The notes under the pieces are model-generated. The model ran no database searches. It saw only the letters and a program-made list of their open reading frames with translations, and was not told the origin of the DNA. From the human T2T-CHM13v2.0 reference genome, Homo sapiens, in assembly GCF_009914755.1 (NCBI RefSeq), contig NC_060927.1: a DNA stretch of 64,000 bases; one strand, given 5' to 3'. Below, in pieces: positions 22,251 through 41,187 of this stretch. The first letter of the stretch is position 1. The number at the start of each line of letters is the position of its first letter. A program made the translations under genes and the position numbers.

Positions 22251-25200
22251 AGATTATTCACTTGATTTTTAGCAATTTAAAAATATGATGTACTTTAGTA
22301 ATTTTTTGTCATATTTGGGTTGGGGTCATGCTAATTCAGCTTTTGAGATTTGCTCCAATTTTGATATATGTGCTACTGAAGGGAGCAGGATATTGTTTTT
22401 TCTTTAATGGGGAAAGAAAAGGGAGGAAGCCAGGTCACAAAGAGCAAGCAAATATTGTCATTCTCAGTGATAATTAAGTGAGTCAACGGGGGAACCACAG
22501 GAAAGCAGAGGGAGGCTGGTAGTGGGCTGTACTCCTTAGAAGTAACAAGAAATGGACATTATATTTTGTCTTTTTCTGCCAGGCTTTCAAATTTTTGATG
22601 GTGAGATGATTTTTAAAATTATTTTCTGTTTTCCACTGTTTTATAGGGAGTAATACAGAGTTTAGAATCCAGAATTCAAAAATGAGTTTGAAATTACGTT
22701 GATAATGTGCTTATTGAGATAGTAAATTTGATAATAAGGTAATTAAAGCAAGCAAGCATAAAATAGTGCAACTAAGAAAAAGGACCAATATTGGCTTGGG
22801 ATTTAAAGTAAATCTATACCTTTTGTTACTACTAAATTAGAGATGCCTGGTGGCTCTGCCCAGCTGTTAATTAAGCAGTGAGGAGGCCAGTCATTAACTC
22901 CTTCAGGTCCCCAAGATACTATTTAGTTATTGCTTCAATTTATTGCACTAAGCTCACTAATTGGCAATGTCTTAAAAACACTGGGAATATCTAGTTCATA
23001 ATATGTTTAGTCTTCTATATGATTAGATGGAAAAAGCAATTCTAATTTAGTTTCTCATTCATTTTAATTTAGATTAGCAGATGTTCTATGTGTACTGCAG
23101 TAACTATTTTATTTGCATTATGGAAGAGCCTATAATAGCAATTTATCAATTTTTTGTTATACTGTGGTTTTAATTTCCTCCAAAATGCTACTATAAAAAT
23201 AGGATGCATTTTATTTTCTAATTCATGTAGAATATCCCAAGAGCAATATTGGGCTCATAAAATTCAAGCCATATTTTAAAATGAGTTTTGTTTGAAGAGG
23301 GGATAAGGGAAACAGAAAAAAAAAAAGTAAAATAAGAGAAAGAAGAGAAGTAAACTGAACAATGAAGTGCTCAGCTTTCCAAAGATATAAATTCACTGTG
23401 AGAACAGTGATGGTGGATGGTGGAAGTAGTTCACATAGAAAAGATTCTTATTTTCGGTATAATATTGCTATTTGAAACTGATCTAACATATATCACATTC
23501 CTTTCATGGATATGTATATAATGAGTAGAAATTTTCCACAAGGCACCATTTGGATAAACAGTAGGGAATTTAAATTTTGTAATCTCATAGGTTTCCTAAG
23601 TCTTACTTGCAGTTAATCAGACAACAAATGTTTGATATTTTAAGCTGCTAAATCTAGGGGTAGTTTTTTTATGCGCCAATAGATGACTAAAATACAATAT
23701 ACATTATAGGATTTTTTTGCTGATTAAATGAGAGCAAGTGATATATAAATGTTATCACTATTAATTGTCCTACCAGAACTTTGGTCAGAAAGTTACTTCT
23801 TTTATATAGATTATACTTATTCTGTTGTTGAGTTCAATTTTTAATGTTTTGTTTAGTTTCTCTAAACTTTCCCATCACTTTTAAGTTGAGGGTTACAGAC
23901 ATTTACATTTTTACCTCATGTTGGAAATGTGTGATTGGCAAAAATAGTCAATTCCTAGATGTTATAATAAAAATGAATAAGCTATGTTGAAAAAGTATAC
24001 CACTACTCTCTACAGGCATGTGTATATAGGTGAATACAGAAAAGTTTTCAGCTGCTATGCTAAAGAGTTATTTTAGCAAAGCACACATATTCTTTGTAAG
24101 GGTTTGATTAAAGAGAAGTTATTCTTATAACCTCCTATATTTAAGCCCGATTTTCAAAGAATATTGGGCCACACCAATAACAACTTTATCTTTACATTTA
24201 TAGTATTGGTGAATAAAGCTCACAAGACGGTGTTTTCATCATATAGGACCTGGACCTCAAACTCAATGCCTTTAGTGCTGAGCAGGTTAGGGAAAGAATG
24301 AAGTGAGCTGGGTGGGTGGGAGCACAAGTCCTGTAGAAGTTGAAGTTACTCAGCTCAACCCAACGTTCTCATTCAGGAATTTGAGTCCTTGCTTGCGAGT
24401 CTCCAAATTTCCAAGACAAGATGAAAACTTGGGCTTTTGTCTGTGATCTTTAAAATTTATTTGAGGGAAAACTCCCCATATTTAAAAATATTGTTTCAGT
24501 TTTTTAAAAACATTTGCAGATCAAATAAAACACATGTATGAACTAGAGACATATCCTAAAAAGATGAGAGAGAAGCTAAGTGTATGACCTGAAGCTATTT
24601 ATTTTGTGGACAAATCCTGTAGCTATTGGAAGAAAGTTTTAGAAGCTTATGTTTTGTGCATTTCCAGGTGTTGGATAACCAATGCAGTTTCTATAAAGAG
24701 GCCAGCACTAACACTGCATCCATCAACAGAAAAATGTCGTGTCGAAAATCTTCTCATCAAGGTTTCTCATTCGCACAGACAAAACTAGTTAAAATTTCTA
24801 AAAAAGACATTTCCCTGTGTCTATAATCACTTTCCTGTGGATGCACGGTGGCCTACTTTATGACTTACTGTTTAACCAGCTGCAAAAACAATAAATGGAA
24901 CCCCATGTAGAAAGGGCCATCTGCCAGTGGGCTTCACTGATTCATTATAATAAGGGTCAGCAAAGCTGGGGATCTGTCCCATCACGTCAGCTAGGTCTGC
25001 AATTGGAGGGTCTAAAATAAATGTGCTCTACTTCTAACCTTTACTCCTTTTGCTTTCACAATGTTTATTACTTTATTCAGCATGACTGCTCATGTGAAAT
25101 GTGTCTATTGTCTTTTAACCACAATCTCAGGAATATCATAAATACAGAATTACATAGCAGGAGATATTTTTTGAATGTTGGAAAATGAGAGAAGACATTT

Positions 25201-26104
25201 TTAGCCTCTTCCAGGTCAATTCACTTTCTGTTATTCTACCATATATATTGTTCTTATAGCTACTATTTTGGATCCCATTAATTTCTGGCGATTGAAAAGC
25301 CTGAAATAGGGTACCTTGTTTTTCTGATAAAATCTGTTGGGTAAGATTTATTTCATCCTAAATTTTGACTCATAAAATATACTTTTGCAATTAAAATAGC
25401 AAAGAGGATGATTGCATTAATTGTATACATTAGTCATTGTATAAGATTTAATTTAAAAACTTATTAAGTGACCATATTTTCTGGGACTGCTATTGGTGAT
25501 AAATGTTGAGCAAGACCCTAAATTAGTTAAGTCAATCCAAGTGAAGACAATGGAACATTAATAATATTTCATTTTTTACAGTATAATAAAAATTAATGTT
25601 TTTTGTCTCTTTTAGGTATATTAAAATAATGAATATTTTTCATTAGCCTATTAATAAAAATTAACACATTAATTAATATTAGCCATTCTTCAAAGAAAGT
25701 AATTGGGATATTTTATAAAAAAAGCAATATTCAGCAATTTCTGTACAGATTTTGACCCTCTGCATATTATGTATTCAGTAAGGTTGAATACCTGAAAATG
25801 ATGAGTCCATTGTCATATTCCTTTTGTCTTCTGAGAGTTGTGAGGTAATTGTGAAGTACCTTCTATTAATCCAATCCTTTTGCGTATGTCAACTATAAAC
25901 TCTGGGCAAAAGTGAACAATTACCTGAAAGCACTGGAGACTAGAAGCAGGAAGAATCTGGGTCTACAATTGGGAGAAGAACATTTCACTGAAGAAGTTTC
26001 CCATTTTTAAAGCCTTGTAGCTTGAGGACAAGGCCCAGGAAGGGTAGCCAAGAACCCTGTGCACAGAAACCCACACTTTTACTGGCTTTAAGAACCAGAG
26101 GATG

Positions 26105-26420
26105 GGCCAGGCACCATGGCTCATGCCTGTAATCCTAGCACTTTGGGAGGCCAAGGTGTGAGGATCACCTGAGGTCAGGAGTTCAAGACCAGCCTGGCCA
26201 ACATGGTGAAACCCCATCTCTACTAAAAATACAAAAAAAAAAAAAAATAGCTGTACATTGTGGTGTGTGCTTGTAATCCCAGCTACCTAAGAGGCTGAGG
26301 CAGGAGAATCACTGGAACCTGGGAGGCAGAGTCTACAGTGAGCCAAGATTGTGCCACTGCGCTCCAGCCTAGGTGACAGAGCAAAACTCTGTCTCAAAAA
26401 AAAAAAAAAAAAAAAAAAAA
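26105..26420 (+). mobile_element. AluSx-like
   Basis: Full dimer, GGATCACCTGAGGTCAGGAGTTCAAGACC, expanded mid-A tract and long A tail. Confidence 0.93.
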
Positions 26421-27047
26421 CAGGATGGAGTTGGGAGTGGCTAAAACAGCTGGAAAGTAAAGATGGAAATTCTGGAAATGAGAGAGCTAGAGAGGGGGAG
26501 GTCCAAATCCTCTATATAAACTCTGCCCAAATTGCTAGATGAATCCTAAGCCATAAATATATATAAGGAAAGGCTCTAAGCAGCCAAGGTAAGGCTAAAA
26601 TCACTAAGTAATGATTTCAGGTGTCCACCTGCTGCAGAGGAGACAAAATTGGAAGTTTTCTTCCATCCAAGTAAACTGCCTGCTAAAACAACAAGAAAGA
26701 TCAACACTTTTCAGAGGAATAGGACCAGAACTGGGTTATATGGCTATGCTGCAAGTGCAACTGAGCTAGGAAGGTGATAATTTGCCATTTTCCATCTCTG
26801 TAATGGGGAAGAGCCTCTGCCAGAAAGAAAGCAGAGAGTCAGAAAGCAAGTAGATTATCTAAAGAGTTTGCAACATTAGGCAAATTGATAGTCTGGTTGG
26901 GGCAAGAGGTACTTGTCTGCTGAGTTGGACTAGGAACCAAAGTTTTAACTTGCAATCTGGTATTTATCCCTGCTGTATATTTTAATAAATTTTATTGTAA
27001 AATATGTCAGACAAAAATTGATATTATGAGTCCCCATTACTTGCCTT

Positions 27048-27498
27048 TGTGAACCCTGAAAATCGGAGACAGGTCTCAATTTAGAAAGTTTATTTGAGGA
27101 CGCATGCCCATGACACAGCCTCAGGAGGTCCTGATGACATGTGCCCAAGGGGGTCAGAACACGGTTTGGTTTTATACTTGTAGGGAGACATGAGACATCA
27201 ATGAACATATGCAAGATGAGCAATGTCTCAGTCTAGAAAGGTGGGACAACTCAAAGCAAAGGTGGGAAGACTCAAAGTGGGGAGGGGGCTTCCAGGTAAT
27301 AGGTAGATAAGAGACAAATGGTTGCATTCTTTTGAGTTCCTAGTCTCTCCAAAGAAGGCAATTAGATATGCATTTATCTCAGTGAGCAGAGGAGTGACTT
27401 TGACTAGAATGGGAATCAGGTTTTCCCTAAGCAGTTCCCAGCTTGACTTTTCCCTTTAGCTAAGTGATTTTGGGGATCCAAGGTATTTTCCTTTCACA
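27048..27498 (-). mobile_element. MER4A/MER4A1 LTR (3' LTR of a truncated provirus)
   Basis: Minus strand starts TGTGAAAGGAAAATA and ends GGTTCACA; alignable by eye to the plus-strand copy at 46026-46494; preceded by purine-rich AAAATGGGGAAAT. Confidence 0.85.
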
Positions 27499-29405
27499 AT
27501 TTCCCCATTTTATTTTTAAAAATCTTTTGGAGAAAGCATTTTAGAAGAAAATGAGTCTCTCTGATCTCAGGTTTTGTCTGATCTCTCATGGTTAGGATGG
27601 TTTATTCCTAGATGCATAGGTCTCAAGTTATTAGGAAAGCTCATTTTTAGAAGGTTGTGAAGTCTCAAGTCCTATGAAGAGAAAGTAGGGGGAGAAAAGG
27701 AGAAAAACAACAACAAACAAAAGAAGAATCCTGGAAAACTGATACAGACCACATTACTCTGAAATTCATACATCAGTAGGCAGGTATGAAAGTGCCTTAT
27801 GTATGTAAACAGGTTGCTGTTATTCTGAAGTTTAAGTTGTCTAGCTTTAGTTTGCAGGGCTTTATGAAAGCACAGCTTAGTTTCTGGTGACTCCAAATTA
27901 GGAAAAATAGGGAAACGAAGAAAAAAATTGAAAACATTATTTTGAAGACTTATAGCCAAGAAAAATTAGAATTCCATCCAAACTGTAGAAATTAATAAAA
28001 ATGGAAAAACACTAGGGAAGACTAGAATTTAACAACAGGTGTACTATACTTTTTGAGCCATAAATTTTCTCTCTCTAGTTTCCATTTTTACTAAAGACAA
28101 ATCATGATAGCACTGGTTTGCTTTATTATACCTGGCCTGACTATTTGCAGGAGGAATAATATTTTTTAACACAGGCTTTTAAATTGGCTTTGATGGAACT
28201 TTGTTCCATAGAAGGAATCTCAGATAAGACTTTTTTAAAGCCGAGCCCAGCCATGGATTTGTGCCATCAAAGGCCTATGAGTTGGCCAAATCCCTCTCCT
28301 CTTGAGCTTCCAAGATAAACTTAGGCCTGTCAGAAAGTGACATTCTTTACTTACCACAGGTCAGGAACTCTGTAGACAAAGGTATGAGGCCAGTTTTTCC
28401 AAGGGGCTTTGATTGGCTCCATAAGTCAGTTTGATTCCTTAAAGGAAAGCACACCATTCTAGTCAAAGCCTTGGTAAAATAACCAGTTTCTCCAACTGGG
28501 TCCTGTTACAAATGAAAACAGATTCTTATTGCACTTATGCAAATAACTGTATTGTCATAAGTTAAAAATACTCACAAATAGTTTCCAAATTCTGTGGAAA
28601 TCAGAGAGAAACAAATATGATCCAAATGTTGTTCATAGGAGTATACTCATTCATTAAAAGCTGTAAATAGGTTAAAATAAAAGTTTTCTCGGCTCTGAAA
28701 AACAAAACAAAGTATCACCAATGTTTTAAGTAAAAAGTTAAAAAGATTACTTCGGACTTCTGTTAGTTTAGTCCATGCAGTTAATTCCTGTTCTATTTGA
28801 CATTCATGAACATTTCAGCTCTCCATGAGTCCTGAAAGTTTTCTTTTATCCTGATGTCACAATCTCCAAAGTTATCAGAAACCTGCATTAAAAAGCACCT
28901 GTTAGCATTTTATAGCTGATTATAAAACCGATCAAACCAAGATAACAATTGTCCGTGGATGGCAAAAAGTTTTAGGGCAGCTATAGTCAAAGGCACTTTG
29001 ACAAGGAAATTTGTTACCTCTGTGGCATACAATAATGTAACATAACAATTATAATTATTACTGATAACATATATTAAGTCATATCAGAATTATAGGAGTT
29101 TCCCATAATTTTGGAACACATACCAATAACATATTTATACAAATACAGCCCAAAGAAAACCAAACACCATTTCATATTTGACAATGCTTCCTGTATAATT
29201 TTTATACCAAATAAGGCAAATATGTCATTTTTGGACTTTAGGGAACCTGTTACTAATATCTTAAAGGATTAATTAGGTCAGAAAAAGACATGATTTATAA
29301 TTTGATTTTGGAAGGTTTGTCAAATATCAAAGGTTTAAAACGTGTGATATTACAAAATCAGATCACAGGTCATTGTAAAATAAGTCATTCATTTAAGCAA
29401 AGTGA
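27499..29405 (-). mobile_element. MER4-group internal sequence, 5'-truncated
   Basis: Directly abuts the LTR; motifs such as CAGATTCTTATTGCACTTATGCAAATAACT and TAGGAGTTTCCCATAATTTTGGAACACATACCAATAAC match recalled MER4-int; no second LTR. Confidence 0.75.
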
Positions 29406-29409
29406 TCTC

Positions 29410-31975
29410 AGCTATAGACTAGCTGAAATTCAAGAAATGAACCTGTTTTTGCTACAGAATACCTGAAGGGCTCAAGTATGAATGACACCATGGATTAAAA
29501 CATGGCACTGAAAGCAGAGGGATCTGCTAGTATACAAAGAGGTTAGACCCCTGTTTCCTCTCCTGTGCATCGGTGACTATCCCTAGTCAGGCAATCGTGG
29601 CTTATTTCTGGAGAGACTGAACCAGAGGAGTAGGTCTTAAACACACTGTAAGTGATAGAGAGTGAAGGTGAAATAAAGGGTTGCACGCAGGGGGATTAAT
29701 GAAATTCTAAATACTGGACTAATACTGGACTTTGGGACCCCCAGATTCCTTTCTCTATCCCTTCCAGAGCACCAGTAGTTTGGTATGTTCTTCCTAGGTA
29801 AAAAGTTGAAAAACAAAAAATAATACTGAAAGGTTTTAGAGAAAATACCTCCATAGACTGACTTAAAAGGCTGATATATTACCAGATCATCCACTATTTG
29901 GCAAGTCCTGTCCACAGGCCAGAACTTATAAAATTTTAGAGCCTTTAACATGGAAAGATGGCCAAAGATCAACATATTCTTTAGGAATCATTTAACATAT
30001 AAGAGATCAAAATAAACAAACAGAAAATAGGAACCCAGAGGAAGCAAAGACAACTTTAAAAAAATGCTATACTAAATATCCTCAGAGAATTAAAATATAT
30101 AAGTATATTGTAGCCATTAAGCAAAAACAGGATAACTATGGGAAAGAAATAAAGAAATTTCTTGATCCAGCAATTCCATTTCTAGATATTTATCCAAAAT
30201 ATTTGAAATCAATATGTGGAAGAGATGTCTGCACTCCCATGCTTATTGCTGCACTTTTCACAGTAGCCAAAATATGAAATCAACCTAGGTGTCATCAATG
30301 GATGAATGGATTTTTTAAAATGTGATACATACATATATATATACATACATACATATATATATATGCACAATGGAATAATATTCAGCCATAAAAAATAATG
30401 AAATCTTGTCATTTGCAACAACATGAATAAACCTAGAGACACTATGTTAAGTGAAATAAACTGAGCATAGGACAAATACCACATTATCTCATTCATATGA
30501 GGAATTTTAAAAAATTGATGTCATAGAAGTAGGGAGTAGAATACTGGTTGCCAGAGGTTGGAGAAAGCAGAGCGGCAGGGGAGATAGAGATAAACGGTTG
30601 GTCAACAGGTACAAAGTAAGCTACACTTAGATAGGAGGAACAAGTTCTGTTGTTCTATTGCACAGTAGGACGACTATAGTTAGTGATAATGTATATTTCA
30701 AAATAGCTAGAAGAGAGGATTTTTAATGTTTTCACCACAATGAAATGATAATGTTTGAGGTGAGGAATTTGCTAATTACCCTGATTTGATCATTACACAA
30801 TGTATACATGCATTGAAACAGTATACTCCTTAAGTACATATGATTGTTATGTCAATTAAAAACAAAATAAAACTAAAGAAGAAATTGCTAAGGGAGTAAA
30901 TTCCAAATGTTCTCACCACAAAAATAAGTATTTGAGGTGATGGATATGACAATTAGCTGGATTCCATTATTCCACATTGTATTCATAAATCATAACATCC
31001 TGTACCCCATAAATATATACAATTATAATTTGTCAATTTACAATTTAAAATAAAAATTAAAAAAGAATTGATGTTTCTGTAAATAAATTAGTTAATTCAA
31101 AACATTTTTAAAATTTTTTCTAGTCATTTAAATATGTTAAATGTTACTGAAATTAAAAATTTAAATAGAGTTGGAAGTTGAGGAAGTTTAGGAAATAAAA
31201 AACATAAAGAGATAAAAGACAGGAGAAACTATTAACAAAGAGAAGAGGAGATTAAGTCTAAGAGGCTCACTTTGTAACTAATAGAAGATTTAGAGAAGGC
31301 CACAGAGAGAACTGAGGGGAGGAAACTACCAAAAATTAATTGAAGAAAATCTCCCAGAATGGAAGAATATTAGTCTTCAGATTGAAAGTACCAACAGAGT
31401 CCATGCGAAAAGTTGAGAAAATGCCCACACCAAGTTACCTTGTTGTGAAATCTTGGAACGCTAGAGATAAAGAGAATCTTTTTTTAAGTTTGTGGAGAAA
31501 AAGGAGAGAGAAGCATGGAAGTGGGTGAAGGGAGATGAAGAAAACAGTACACATTGAAAGAAGAGGAAAAGAAGACGATCACAGTGACGTCAGGCTTTTT
31601 AACATTATCATTGCAAGCTAGAAGAAATGAGAAAATGCCTTCAAAATTCTGGAAAGTAATATTCAATCCAAACCAACATGCAGTGAATGACATCCCCTAG
31701 AGCTTTTCGGTTTTGGTTCGCATTTTTAAAACACTTTGAATAAAAATGACCCCCTAGGGTTTTGCAGTGCATAATCTTTACAACCATATGCGGCAACTCT
31801 ACTCAATTCAGTCAAATTTGCAGTCACATTTGAAGACAGAATACAGACATAGAAGGACTCAAAATGTACACATCCATTCTTTTCTCAGGAAGGATATGCT
31901 CTAGAAAAGTGAACAGATAATCCAAAAACCAAAAAAAAAAAAAGGGAAAAACCTGGAATATAAGAAATGGGTAAT
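29410..31975 (+). mobile_element. Old L1M 5'/ORF1 remnant (split by L1MA)
   Basis: Degraded ORF1 motifs (TCTTCAGATTGAAAG, GAGAAAATGCCTTCAAAATTCTG). Confidence 0.55.
30163..31066 (+). mobile_element. L1MA 3' end
   Basis: GATCCAGCAATTCCATTTCT...ATGAAATCTTGTCATTTGCAACAACATG...TAATTACCCTGATTTGATCATTACACA, A tail. Confidence 0.85.
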
Positions 31976-32454
31976 TCTGCCACCAAAGGTATGTGGGTTT
32001 CCTATAACAATTCTCTATTCAATTCTTCAACACCAATTAAGTGTCCCCAAATTTAATTCAATTCTGACACTAAGTCCTGGAGTTAGTATCAGAGCCCACA
32101 GGTTAAGGGCCCGGTCCCACAAGACTGCCACTCAGAAACAGCCAAATAGAAGAGGTGTACAGGGCTAGCTGTAGGGGTGGTATAAAGCCTCCATGCCCTC
32201 TCCAGGTGCCCACTCTCCCAGCACATCAATATGTTCACCAATCTGGAAACTCATGGAATCTTGTTGTTCAAGAGTTTTTATAAAGCTCAATCTCCACCCC
32301 ACCCCCACACCCCAGAGGTCAGTGAGTGGGGCTGAAAATTCCAACCTTCTAATCACTTGATCTTTCTGGTGATCAGTTCCATCCTGAAGCTATCTAGGGG
32401 TCCTACCCTTAGTCATCTGATTAGCGTAAATTCAGGTGTGATCAAAAGGGTCTT

Positions 32455-32735
32455 TCATGCCTGTAATCTCAGCACTTTGGGAGGATTGATTGAGGCCAGG
32501 AGTTTGAGACCAACCTGGGAAACAGAGCACAACCCTGTCTGCAACAAATTTTTTTTTTTAAGTAGCTGAGCATGATGGTATGTGCTTGCAGTTTCATCTA
32601 CTCAGGAAGCTGAGGTAGGAGGATGGCTTGAACCCAGCAGTTTAAGACTGTAGTGAGCTATGATTTATGCCACTGCACTCTCCAGCCTGGGCGATACAGT
32701 GAAATCCCATCTCTTAAAATTAAAAAAAAAAAAAA
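32455..32735 (+). mobile_element. AluJ, 5'-truncated
   Basis: CATGCCTGTAATCTCAGC...GTGAGCTATGAT...A tail. Confidence 0.88.
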
Positions 32736-33826
<1,091 letters not shown>

Positions 33827-34592
33827 AAAAGACATGCCTATCACTCAGGAAATTACAAGGGGTTTAGAAGTTCTGTGCCAGGAACCAGGGACAAAGACTA
33901 ACTATTTATTTTTTATGATGCTGCTGTAATCTAACACAAAACATGGTTTTAGAAAGTCTGAGGATGATGACAAAGGGATCCCAGAGTGACAGTTATGCAG
34001 CAGGCTGGAAAGCAGCCAGCCCAGATCAGAATAAGGATATGTAGGCCTCGGGGATGAGGAGAGGGGTGAAGGGAGATGGAATTGGTAAATTATCTGCTTT
34101 GTATGACCATTTGGAAAATAATAGCAATAGGTATTTGACACATATGATGGAGCATTTAGAAAACATTAACAATAGATTCATAAAAAACAAAAAATAAAAG
34201 GAAAACAAAAGAAACAGTTATTCACTACAGGAGAAAAAAGGCTATTCAAAAAAAGAAACATAATCATAGAAACGTACTTGGCCCTGTAGTGAACAGTATT
34301 TACACTATCATAGTAGTAACCGAATTTTCATTTAATTAGAAATTGTGCTATCATAACTATATTAAAGGGAGGGGTGAGAAAAAGTATGCAGGAGGGAGAT
34401 GTAAGAGAGTGATAATCTTATCCTCCATTGACAGATAATGTCTAGTTAAAAATAGTATTTGGCAATACAGCTTATTAGCAACATGACATATTATTTGATT
34501 TTTTAAATGGTATCCACATCTTACATTGATTAAACTAATTTTTTTATTTTTAAATTTTATTTTTATTTTTTTTCCCACTGTGAGAAATAAAT

Positions 34593-34877
34593 TTTGTTTT
34601 TAGAGACAGGGTCTGGCTCTGTGGTCCAGGCTGGCGTGCAGTGGCGCAATAACTGCTCACTCCAGCCTCCAAACTCCTGGGCTTGAGCAATCCTCCCACC
34701 TAGGACTAGGATTAGGACTACAGGTGTGAATTATCATGCCCAGCTAATTAAAATTTTTTTTTAGAGGTGGTGTCTCATGTTGCCCAGGCTGGTTTTGAAC
34801 TCCTGGCCTCAAGTGATCCTCCTTCCTAGTCCTCCCAGAGCATTGGGATTACAGGTATGAGCCACTACACCTGGTCG
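34593..34877 (-). mobile_element. AluJ
   Basis: Diverged dimer; local TAGGA(C/T) triplication at 34701-34718. Confidence 0.88.
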
Positions 34878-36577
34878 CTAAAATAAAATTTGTTTACAAA
34901 AATAAAAAATAATCCAACAAAAGATGATAAAGCTCAGGTGTAAGCCACTGTCAAGTACGGATAGAAAGAAAGTTGAAATTTGCTGGAGACTTTCCGGGTA
35001 GAATGGGTACAAATTAATATTTGTAAATTATCAAATTACTTACATCATAAGATCATGAGCTCTGCAGATCTGCATAATTTGACTGGAATTTCTATTATCC
35101 CTGCTAATCTTTGGTCAATGGTTTTCCCATGTAAGAACAAAATGGAAACAATAATATATACCATAATCCAAGTAATATATCTGCTTGGTATTTTCCAAAC
35201 ATTTCCAAATACCATGCATACACACCTTTCCTCTATATACTGATTACTTAATAATGTCTTATTAAGACATTATTTTTTTTACTTCTCCCTCCTTGAACTT
35301 ATTAAAATTTTAAGTAGTTTTCATTCATAACTAGAACCTCAGAAAGATTTTTAACCTTATTTTCAACTGGATTATTGACAAAAACTTTTGACAAATGTGT
35401 CTAATTTCTATATCAAAGAGATAATCAGCAATGCTATGTTTCTCCTTGTTAGTGTGTCAGAAATTTGTATTTTTTGTTATTAGTAGGATTGGGGGAGCTA
35501 TTTATCTTATTTTTCTTCTCTTTCTTCACATTCTAGTTTTATTATTTTTTTGAATTGATGTCAGTGAAAATGTGTTTTCACTAATTCAAAGTGAGTTAAG
35601 AAAGAATGTAACAAAAAATTCAGAAATTCAGTGAAAATAACCTTAAAGATTTGAAAGTAAAGTTAAACATATTTTGTAAAACATATTTCGTATTTCTTAT
35701 CTAAATGTTTATTTTCAGATTCCAAAGATTTGTTTTTATTTAGGAATTTCCAAACATTCTACATAGAGAATATATTAATCATAAGCCAAAAAAATCACAA
35801 TTTTTTTACAAAGAGGTAGTAAATAAGAAATAAAACACAGAAAAAGAAAATAGTTTGAAAGATGAACATAAAATTGTCAATCATGGTTTTCTTAGTTTCC
35901 TGGTAGGAGGGACACTCAAACCTGAAATGTACCATCCATCCTTTCACTCACTTGAATGATATTTATTATCACCATATTATTACCTTCTGTGAAACACCTG
36001 GACTACTCCAAAGATGTCACTGCCTAAAGAACAATGTCTTGGAAGACAGTGAAATCCCAGGCCCTAGAAGTATTCAGGTAGAAACCAGAATATCACTTGC
36101 TAGGGTAATGTATGAGGGACTCAAGCATCTGACTGATAATAGAACTGGGCAACTTCTTAGGACTCTTCTAAATGTTGAGCGCTGGCTTCTGGAAAATACA
36201 ACCAAAATAACCTGTTGATAAAATGAAACTGAGTTTATTGCTTTAAATGATAAAGGGTAATACTACATTGAAAAGTCTTAAGCAGTGTTTCAGAGTGGGG
36301 AGGGAAAAGGCAGGATATTTTATGAGATTTTCTTTAGGGTATTGTGGGCCTTTCACTGCAGGGTGTGGTGACTGAAGGAGAGGGTTGGGGACTTTTGGGG
36401 ATAGGGTGAAGACTTCATTAAGTTTGGCAAGGTCAGGACATAATAATTTGCAATTGGTAGATACAGTGAGGTTAGGGTTTAATTATAGCTTTTTGGGGTG
36501 AAGAAGATAGTTTATTACATGTATGCAGTTCTTTCCAATTAACTTCCAATTCATGCAGGTTATGGGCTGAACTGTTT

Positions 36578-36923
36578 CCCTTCACTCCCAAGTTCAAATG
36601 TTGAAGCCCTAATTTCTAGTACCTCAGAATGCGACTGTATTTAGAGACAGAACATTTAGAGAGGTTACTAAGTTAACATGAAGTCGTTAGGGTGAGTCCT
36701 AATCGAATATGACTGATGTCCTTAGAAGAAGGAAAGACTATGTGAAGAACAGCAAGAAGGTGGTCATCTGAAAGTGACAGAAGAGTGGTGTCAGGAAAAA
36801 CTACATTTGTTGAAACCTTGATCTTGGACCTCTAGACTCCAGAATTCTGGAAAAATAAATTTTAGTTGTTTAAGCCATCCAGTCTATGGTATCATGTTAT
36901 GGCAGCCCTAGCAAACTAATATA
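36578..36923 (+). mobile_element. MLT1B-like LTR
   Basis: TATGGGCTGAACTGT...GTTGAAGCCCTAA...TACCTCAGAATGCGACTGTATTT...GGCAGCCCTAGCAAACTAATA. Confidence 0.85.
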
Positions 36924-37299
36924 GTGCAAGCTACATAATTAACTCTTCTCTTCAGTATTGCAATTGAAATCTAAGTCCAGAACTTCTTCACATTCTGAAT
37001 ATGAAGATTTCCCTTGAAGATTGTCATGGAGACATGGTGATGTACAGACATGGCTCCTGATCATGATATCTTTTTTTTAATATACATTTTTTAAAATTAT
37101 ACTTTAAGTTCTAGGGTACATGTGCACAACGTGCAGGTTTGTTACATAGGTATACATGTGCCATGTTGGTGTGCTGCACCCATTAACTCATTATTTACAT
37201 TAGGTATATCTCCCAGTGCTATCCCTCCCCCCTCCCCCCATCCCACAATAGGCCCTGGTGTGTGATGTTCCCCTTCCTGTGTCCAAGTGTTCTCATTGT

Positions 37300-41124
<3,825 letters not shown>

Positions 41125-41187
41125 TATGATGTTAGCTGGTTATTTTGCTTGTTAGTTGATGCAGTTTCTTCCTAGCATTGATGGTCT

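Noticed and set aside
31585-31592. Second CRE octamer TGACGTCA
   Set aside because: Isolated inside an old L1 remnant with no supporting context.
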